A stretch of 43,350 nt of DNA, taken from IMG/VR virus record IMGVR_UViG_3300025870_001501, positions 1 through 43,350 of that record; one strand, written 5' to 3'. Positions 37,759-43,350 of this stretch are shown here, piece after piece. This stretch comes from a virus. Taxonomy: Duplodnaviria; Caudoviricetes. How positions within the stretch are numbered: position 1 is the first letter of the stretch; each line of letters begins with the position of its first letter. The translations under genes were made by a program, and so were the position numbers. Under the pieces are notes generated by a model. That model was given only the letters and a program-made list of their open reading frames with translations. It made no database searches and had not been told where the DNA came from.

Positions 37759-40119
37759 ATGGAATTGAATACGTCTAAGGAACAAATCATCAACACATCT
37801 GCAATTAAAATTAAGAAAAGAGACGGACGGTCAGAACCTTTAGACATTGACAAAATTCATTTTGTCGTGGAAGAAGCCTGCGAAGGATTAGCAGGAGTAA
37901 GTTCATCACAAATAGAAATTAACGCCAACATACAATTCTATGATGGCATGACCACAAAAGAAGTTCAACAAATTTTAGTACGTTCAGCAAATGATCTCAT
38001 ATCATTAGATGCACCCAACTACCAATACGCCGCGGCAAGATTACTTTCATATGATGTGCGTAAAGAAGCACACGGTCAATATGAATATATGCCTTTGTTA
38101 AAATTAATTTTAAGAAATATTAAAGCAGGTGTGTACGATAAAGGCATTGTGGAAAAATATAATAAATCAGAGATTAAAAAGATGAACACATGGATCAAGA
38201 GAGAAAGAGATCTTGATTTTACATATGCAGGTTTAAGACAAGTAGTAGACAAATATCTTGTACAAGATAGATCATCAGGAGATTTATTTGAAACTCCACA
38301 AGACATGTACATGATGATTGCGGCAACACTGTTTGCAGAATATCCAACAAAAACAAGATTAAGTTATGTTAAGAAATACTATGACGCTGTATCAACATTT
38401 AAGATTAATATTCCAACACCAGTAATGGCAGGAGTGAGAACTCCTATCAGACAGTTTGCTTCATGTGTACTGATAGACAGTGCCGATACATTGTCTTCAA
38501 TATTTTCAAGCGACATGGCAATAGGATTGTACGTTGCCAGAAGAGCAGGCATAGGAATCAATGCAGGACGTATCAGAGGCATCAATGCAAAAATAAGAGG
38601 TGGAGAGGTTCAACACACAGGAGTGATTCCGTTCCTTAAAAAGTTCGAATCAACTGTGAGATGTTGCACCCAGAATGGAGTACGTGGTGGATCAGCAACT
38701 GTACATTTTCCAATATGGCACCAAGAGATTGAAGACATTCTTGTGCTTAAAAACAACAAAGGCACAGAAGACAACAGAGTGCGTAAGTTAGATTATTCAA
38801 TACAGATTACAAAACTTTTCTATGAAAGATTTATGAACGATGAAGACATCACATTATTCTCACCACACGATGTACCAGGATTATATGATGCATTTGGTAC
38901 CGACAAGTTTGATGCACTATATAAAAAATATGAAAAAGATTCATCAGTTAATAAAAAGACAATACCAGCACAAGATTTATTTTCTGATTTATTAAAAGAA
39001 AGAGCAGAAACAGGACGTATCTACGTCATGAATTTGGATCATTGTAACTCACACAGTTCATTCAAAGACAAAGTATCAATGAGTAATTTGTGTCAAGAGA
39101 TCACACTGCCCACAACACCAATCAGTTCAATAGACGATTCGCAAGGAGAAATAGCACTGTGTATACTGAGTGCAATCAACGTTGGACAATTAAACAACCT
39201 TGACGATTTAGAAAACTTATGTGAATTGACTGTTAGAGCATTGGAAGAAATTATAGAGTATCAAGATTATCCTGTGTTAGCGGCAGAGCTATCCACTAAA
39301 TCAAGAAGAAGTTTAGGTATAGGATATATTGGATTAGCACATTACCTAGCAAAACAAGGACACAAATATCATGATAAAGGTGCTTGGGATTCTGTGGACA
39401 GATTGTCTGAAGCATTTCAATTCTATCTATTAAAAGCATCTAACAAAATAGCACAGGAAAAAGGTGCTTGTGAAGGATTTAAACAGACAAAATACGCAGA
39501 CGGTTTGTTGCCAATTGACCACTACAAAAAAGATGTGGACAAGATCGTGCCACACAAACAGAGAATGGCATGGGAATCATTGAGAAAAGACATAGCCAAA
39601 CATGGACTAAGACACAGCACACTGTCAGCACAGATGCCAAGTGAGAGTTCTTCCGTTGTTAGTAACGAAACAAATGGTATAGAACCACCAAGAGCATTAA
39701 TGGCAATTAAGAAAAGTAAGAAAGGTCCACTAAAACAGATAGCACCAGGCTACCCTAAACTAAAGAATGCTTACACATTGCTTTGGGACATGCCAAGCAA
39801 CGAAGGTTATATCAACGTTGTTGCCATGATGCAGAAATATTTTGATCAAGCCATATCAGGCAACTGGAGTTACAATCCCACACACTTTGAGAACAACGAA
39901 GTTCCAATCTCAGTGATGGCACAGGACATGCTAACAGCATACAAACTTGGTTGGAAAACAAGTTACTATCAAAACACTTATGACTTCAAAGGTGAAGAAG
40001 AAGATGTTCAACCAGCAGGATTAGATGTAGAACCTGCACAACTGAATAACGAAGAAAAAATTAAAGAACAATTAGCAGATTTAGAGGATGATGAAACGTG
40101 TGATGCGTGTGCAATATAA
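37759..40119 (+). CDS. nrdA: class Ia ribonucleotide reductase alpha subunit with ATP cone
   Basis: IKKRDG cone; QFASCV; SNLCQEI; KTSYY; C-terminal CDAC. Confidence 0.98.
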   Translation: MELNTSKEQIINTSAIKIKKRDGRSEPLDIDKIHFVVEEACEGLAGVSSSQIEINANIQFYDGMTTKEVQQILVRSANDLISLDAPNYQYAAARLLSYDVRKEAHGQYEYMPLLKLILRNIKAGVYDKGIVEKYNKSEIKKMNTWIKRERDLDFTYAGLRQVVDKYLVQDRSSGDLFETPQDMYMMIAATLFAEYPTKTRLSYVKKYYDAVSTFKINIPTPVMAGVRTPIRQFASCVLIDSADTLSSIFSSDMAIGLYVARRAGIGINAGRIRGINAKIRGGEVQHTGVIPFLKKFESTVRCCTQNGVRGGSATVHFPIWHQEIEDILVLKNNKGTEDNRVRKLDYSIQITKLFYERFMNDEDITLFSPHDVPGLYDAFGTDKFDALYKKYEKDSSVNKKTIPAQDLFSDLLKERAETGRIYVMNLDHCNSHSSFKDKVSMSNLCQEITLPTTPISSIDDSQGEIALCILSAINVGQLNNLDDLENLCELTVRALEEIIEYQDYPVLAAELSTKSRRSLGIGYIGLAHYLAKQGHKYHDKGAWDSVDRLSEAFQFYLLKASNKIAQEKGACEGFKQTKYADGLLPIDHYKKDVDKIVPHKQRMAWESLRKDIAKHGLRHSTLSAQMPSESSSVVSNETNGIEPPRALMAIKKSKKGPLKQIAPGYPKLKNAYTLLWDMPSNEGYINVVAMMQKYFDQAISGNWSYNPTHFENNEVPISVMAQDMLTAYKLGWKTSYYQNTYDFKGEEEDVQPAGLDVEPAQLNNEEKIKEQLADLEDDETCDACAI

Positions 40120-40127
40120 ATATAAGT

Positions 40128-41228
40128 ATGTCAAAAACAGTATTCAATAAACAAAAAGTAGATTATCTAAAACAACCCATGTTCTTTGGTGCAGATGGTG
40201 GCATACAGAGATACGACGATTTCAGATATCCACAATTTGATAAACTTAATCAGACCATGATTGGATATTTTTGGAGACCAGAAGAAGTTTCGTTACAAAA
40301 AGACAGAGCAGATTACCAATCATTCAGACCAGAACAGAAACACATATTCACATCAAATTTAAAATATCAAACACTGTTGGATTCAGTGCAAGGTAGAGGA
40401 CCAAGTCTTATGTTCTTGCCATATGTTTCTAATCCAGAACTAGAAGGATGTATTGTTACTTGGGATTTCTTTGAAACAATACACTCAAGATCATACACAC
40501 ACATTATGAAGAACATTTATTCAGATCCTGCAGAAGTGTTTGACACCATATTGGATGATAAAGAAATATTAAAGAGAGCAGAATCAGTAACAAAAGAGTA
40601 CGACAAGTTTGGCAAGATGGCATTAGACTATCAAGTGGGCAAAAAAGTGGACACACTTGATTTAAAGCGACAATTATATTATGCAATGAACACTGTGAAC
40701 TTGTTAGAAGGATTAAGATTTTATATATCATTTGCTTGTACATTCGCATTCGGCGAGCTTAAACTGATGGAAGGATCAGCAAAGATACTTTCATTGATTG
40801 CTAGAGATGAAGCAACACATTTAAACTTGTCTACCAATGTTATTAAAGCATGGCAAAAAGGAGATGATCCTGAAATGACCAAAGCAATGAAAGGCACAGA
40901 GAAGACTGTGATACAAATGTTCAAAGACTGTGTGGAAGAAGAAAAAGCATGGGCAAAACATTTGTTTAAAGATGGATCAATTATAGGTCTTAATGAAAAA
41001 TTACTAGGTCAATATGTTGAATGGATTGCTAACAAAAGATTGAGAGCATTAGGGTACGATGCTATTTACGATGTATCAGCATCTCAAAATCCACTACCTT
41101 GGACACAGCATTGGTTAAGTTCAAAAGGTATGCAGGTGGCTCCTCAAGAGACGGAAGTAGAAAGTTATATCGTGGGTGGTATAAAACAGGACGTACAAAA
41201 AGGTCAATTCAAGAAATTTTTATTATAA
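40128..41228 (+). CDS. nrdB: class Ia ribonucleotide reductase beta subunit
   Basis: FWRPEEV; DSVQ; ETIHSRSY; EGLRFY; RDEATH; start by TAAATA-N5-ATG. Confidence 0.98.
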   Translation: MSKTVFNKQKVDYLKQPMFFGADGGIQRYDDFRYPQFDKLNQTMIGYFWRPEEVSLQKDRADYQSFRPEQKHIFTSNLKYQTLLDSVQGRGPSLMFLPYVSNPELEGCIVTWDFFETIHSRSYTHIMKNIYSDPAEVFDTILDDKEILKRAESVTKEYDKFGKMALDYQVGKKVDTLDLKRQLYYAMNTVNLLEGLRFYISFACTFAFGELKLMEGSAKILSLIARDEATHLNLSTNVIKAWQKGDDPEMTKAMKGTEKTVIQMFKDCVEEEKAWAKHLFKDGSIIGLNEKLLGQYVEWIANKRLRALGYDAIYDVSASQNPLPWTQHWLSSKGMQVAPQETEVESYIVGGIKQDVQKGQFKKFLL

Positions 41229-41404
41229 TGGTAGACTTCAACACAATGAATGGTATGGAAGTTCTGACATATTTGTTAACTTCTCCAGAAGAAAGATTCA
41301 TCTGGGTGTTGATAGGTATGGGAGTAATAATTTGGTTGTTGAGTCTGTACATGGACAAAGACAATCAACCCGTCGACTGTAAATCACCAGAACATCATCT
41401 ATAA
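41228..41404 (+). CDS. small membrane protein
   Basis: TAATG coupling; one TM helix. Confidence 0.6.
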   Translation: MVDFNTMNGMEVLTYLLTSPEERFIWVLIGMGVIIWLLSLYMDKDNQPVDCKSPEHHL

Positions 41405-41441
41405 ACATTGACTTTATCCTCAAAAGAAGTTACACTTAGGT

Positions 41442-41855
41442 ATGCCCAAATATAATTTACTCTGTTCTAGAGATCATAAATTCGAAGGATGGTTTGCATC
41501 AGAGAAATCGTATCTGGATCAAAAAACTAAAAAACTGATTGCTTGTCCAATATGTGATAACACAGGTGTACGAAGAGCAGTAATGGCTCCAAATGTAAAT
41601 TTGAAATCAAAAAAGATCAAAAGTAAAAAAAGTAACACAGCATTTTACAACAGTCGATCAACTCTACAACATCTTAAGACATGGGTAGAAAAGAACTGTG
41701 TAGATGTTGGAGATGATTTTGCCAAAGAGGCTCGGAAAGCAATGGCAGGAGAACGTGATGACCATATATACGGTACAGCATCGGATAAAGAAATAACAGA
41801 CCTTCACAAAGAAGGTATAGGAGCAATAAGGATACCAAATGTCAAAGATAACTAA
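41442..41855 (+). CDS. DUF1178 family Zn-ribbon protein
   Basis: YNLLC..DHKFEGWF...CPIC...MAPNV...VGDDFAKEAR; TTGACT-N17-TACACT promoter. Confidence 0.9.
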   Translation: MPKYNLLCSRDHKFEGWFASEKSYLDQKTKKLIACPICDNTGVRRAVMAPNVNLKSKKIKSKKSNTAFYNSRSTLQHLKTWVEKNCVDVGDDFAKEARKAMAGERDDHIYGTASDKEITDLHKEGIGAIRIPNVKDN

Positions 41856-42096
41856 AGCGATTGTATGGAGCAACGTAGGTTGTTCATACTGTGAACAAGC
41901 AAAAAACCTATTAAAATCAAAAAATATAGAGTTTGAGGAAAGAAACATAGCACACGGAACGTGGACAGTGCAACAGTTACAAGAAGCAGTTCCAGGAGCA
42001 AGAACAGTGCCTCAAATATTTGTTGATGAAAAACACGTTGGTGGATTTCAAGAATTAAAAACACTGATTGATCAACAAGGAGGTGACGATGCCTAG
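41839..42096 (+). CDS. glutaredoxin
   Basis: CSYC, TVPQIF, GGF. Confidence 0.93.
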   Translation: MSKITKAIVWSNVGCSYCEQAKNLLKSKNIEFEERNIAHGTWTVQQLQEAVPGARTVPQIFVDEKHVGGFQELKTLIDQQGGDDA

Positions 42097-42376
42097 TTTA
42101 CAACAAGGAGATATTATCACAATTAAACTGATGAGTGGCGAAGAAGTGTTAGCCAAATTGATTGAGATTACACAAGATTCAATTAAAATATCAAAACCAA
42201 GAGCAGTGGTTAATATTCCTAACAAAGGAATAGGTCTTGGACCGTTTGTGTTCACTGTGCCTCAAAATGCTGATGTAGAGATATACAAAAATAATATTGT
42301 GTGTTTCACAGAAACAGAAGATGGTATGGCACGTCAGTACAGAGAAGGTACAACAGGATTGACGTTACCTAAATAA
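42089..42376 (+). CDS. Sm-like fold hypothetical protein
   Basis: IKLMSGEEVLAKL pattern recalled from T4-like phages; AGGAGG RBS. Confidence 0.65.
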   Translation: MPSLQQGDIITIKLMSGEEVLAKLIEITQDSIKISKPRAVVNIPNKGIGLGPFVFTVPQNADVEIYKNNIVCFTETEDGMARQYREGTTGLTLPK

Positions 42377-42966
42377 TGAATAAAATTATAGCAATAGATT
42401 GTGATGGAGTGCTACTCAATTGGGAGCAATCATTCGACGAATGGATGGAATTTCAAGGCTTTCCTAAACATGCCAGTGATCATTATGAAGTGAATATGAA
42501 CTATCACATGAACAAAGGTCAATGCGAAGTGCTTATAAAGATATTCAATGAAAGTGCATGGATGAAGTCATTAAAACCTATGGAAGGTGCTGTTGAAAAT
42601 GTTAAAAAAATAGCAGAACTAGGATATAAGTTTTATGTGATAACCAGTCAAACATTGGATAAGAAAGCCAATCTGTTGAGAGAAGAGAATCTTAAGCAAG
42701 TGTTTGGTGATGTGTTCGAACATATTGAATGTTTAGACACAGGAGCAGACAAACACGAAGCTCTATCTAAAATACCGGAAGGAACGTTTTGGATAGAAGA
42801 TAAACCTGCTAATGCACAGTTAGGTTATGATATGGGTTTGGTAGCATTGCTACTTGACCTTCCTCACAATACAATGTATAATGAGGATAAGGATTCGGTT
42901 CAACGAGTAAAAAGTTGGGCTGAAATTTATAACGTTATAAAGGAGAAAAATCATGGCGACTCATGA
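42376..42966 (+). CDS. HAD-family 5'(3')-deoxyribonucleotidase-like protein
   Basis: IDCDGVL, ITS, K, WIEDK motifs. Confidence 0.85.
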   Translation: MNKIIAIDCDGVLLNWEQSFDEWMEFQGFPKHASDHYEVNMNYHMNKGQCEVLIKIFNESAWMKSLKPMEGAVENVKKIAELGYKFYVITSQTLDKKANLLREENLKQVFGDVFEHIECLDTGADKHEALSKIPEGTFWIEDKPANAQLGYDMGLVALLLDLPHNTMYNEDKDSVQRVKSWAEIYNVIKEKNHGDS

Positions 42967-43129
42967 AGAAATAAAAGAAGCATACGAAACGTACATTGCT
43001 GAATCTGAAGCATTCGAAACAAAGGGTGTTAAAGCGGCGGCGGCTAGAGCAAGAAAGGCTCTTGGTACTTTAGGTAAAGCGACTAAAACAAGAAGAAAAG
43101 AAATACAAGAGAAGAAAAACTCATTGTAA
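42953..43129 (+). CDS. small histone H1-like (Hc1-like) basic protein (58 aa)
   Basis: Read by hand: KGVKAAAARARKAL...RKEIQEKKN; AAGGAG RBS. Confidence 0.75.
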   Translation: MATHEEIKEAYETYIAESEAFETKGVKAAAARARKALGTLGKATKTRRKEIQEKKNSL

Positions 43130-43138
43130 TTTTATTGA

Positions 43139-43164
43139 TGTTGCGGGTGTAAAAATCCGCAACA
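43139..43164. terminator. GC-rich hairpin, probable terminator or processing site
   Basis: TGTTGCGGG-N8-TCCGCAACA; no clear U-tract. Confidence 0.5.
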
Positions 43165-43225
43165 CAACACACAAATTTTCAAAAAAATAATAAATACATC
43201 ATAAGAAAACAAGAAACAAAATAAT

Positions 43226-43350
43226 ATGGCAACAGGTAAAATAAAATGGTTCAATTCAGCAAAAGGATTTGGATTCATTACACCAGACGAAGAAGGCAAG
43301 GACGTTTTCTTACACATCTCTGCTCTTAAAGCCGCTAACCTCAAAGAAGT
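43226..43350 (+). CDS. cspA: cold-shock protein (3' truncated)
   Basis: [31 protein letters not shown] (RNP1/RNP2). Confidence 0.95.
   Translation, partial: MATGKIKWFNSAKGFGFITPDEEGKDVFLHISALKAANLKE

Noticed and set aside
37759-41228. Intron or intein in nrdA/nrdB
   Set aside because: Both ORFs are uninterrupted and of normal length
1-43350. Stop-codon reassignment or bacterial chromosome origin
   Set aside because: Conserved genes are full length in code 11; late-promoter motif, virion-like block and non-operonic host genes argue for a phage

Overview
AT-rich, gene-dense segment of a large (probably jumbo) T4-like tailed phage, most likely infecting a marine alphaproteobacterium. Phage evidence: a recurring TAAATA late-promoter motif, a block of putative head proteins with 'MKxxE' N-termini, a beta-helix fibre protein, nrdAB/glutaredoxin/exonuclease/deoxynucleotidase and tRNAs. 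Host evidence: ALA synthase, DUF1178 and RpoH-type promoters. Host-like cargo includes dnaK, groEL, speD, yqgE/algH, hemA, ybaN, nifU, cspA and four 2OG-Fe(II) oxygenases. The standout locus (15645-25580) is a remodelled type I secretion-like module, partly under phage late promoters. It comprises a FecR/acidic-stalk/cadherin/RTX giant protein, TolC, an ABC membrane domain with no ATPase, an HlyD lacking its helical hairpin, and a CHASE2 adenylate cyclase with intact catalytic motifs. Other signals: a candidate -1 frameshift, leaderless late mRNAs, a ROSE-like thermometer on dnaK, a duplicated leader hairpin, an orphan structured RNA and a possibly virion-packaged nucleotidyltransferase/RNA-ligase pair. 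All calls come from motif recognition by eye; no searches were run.
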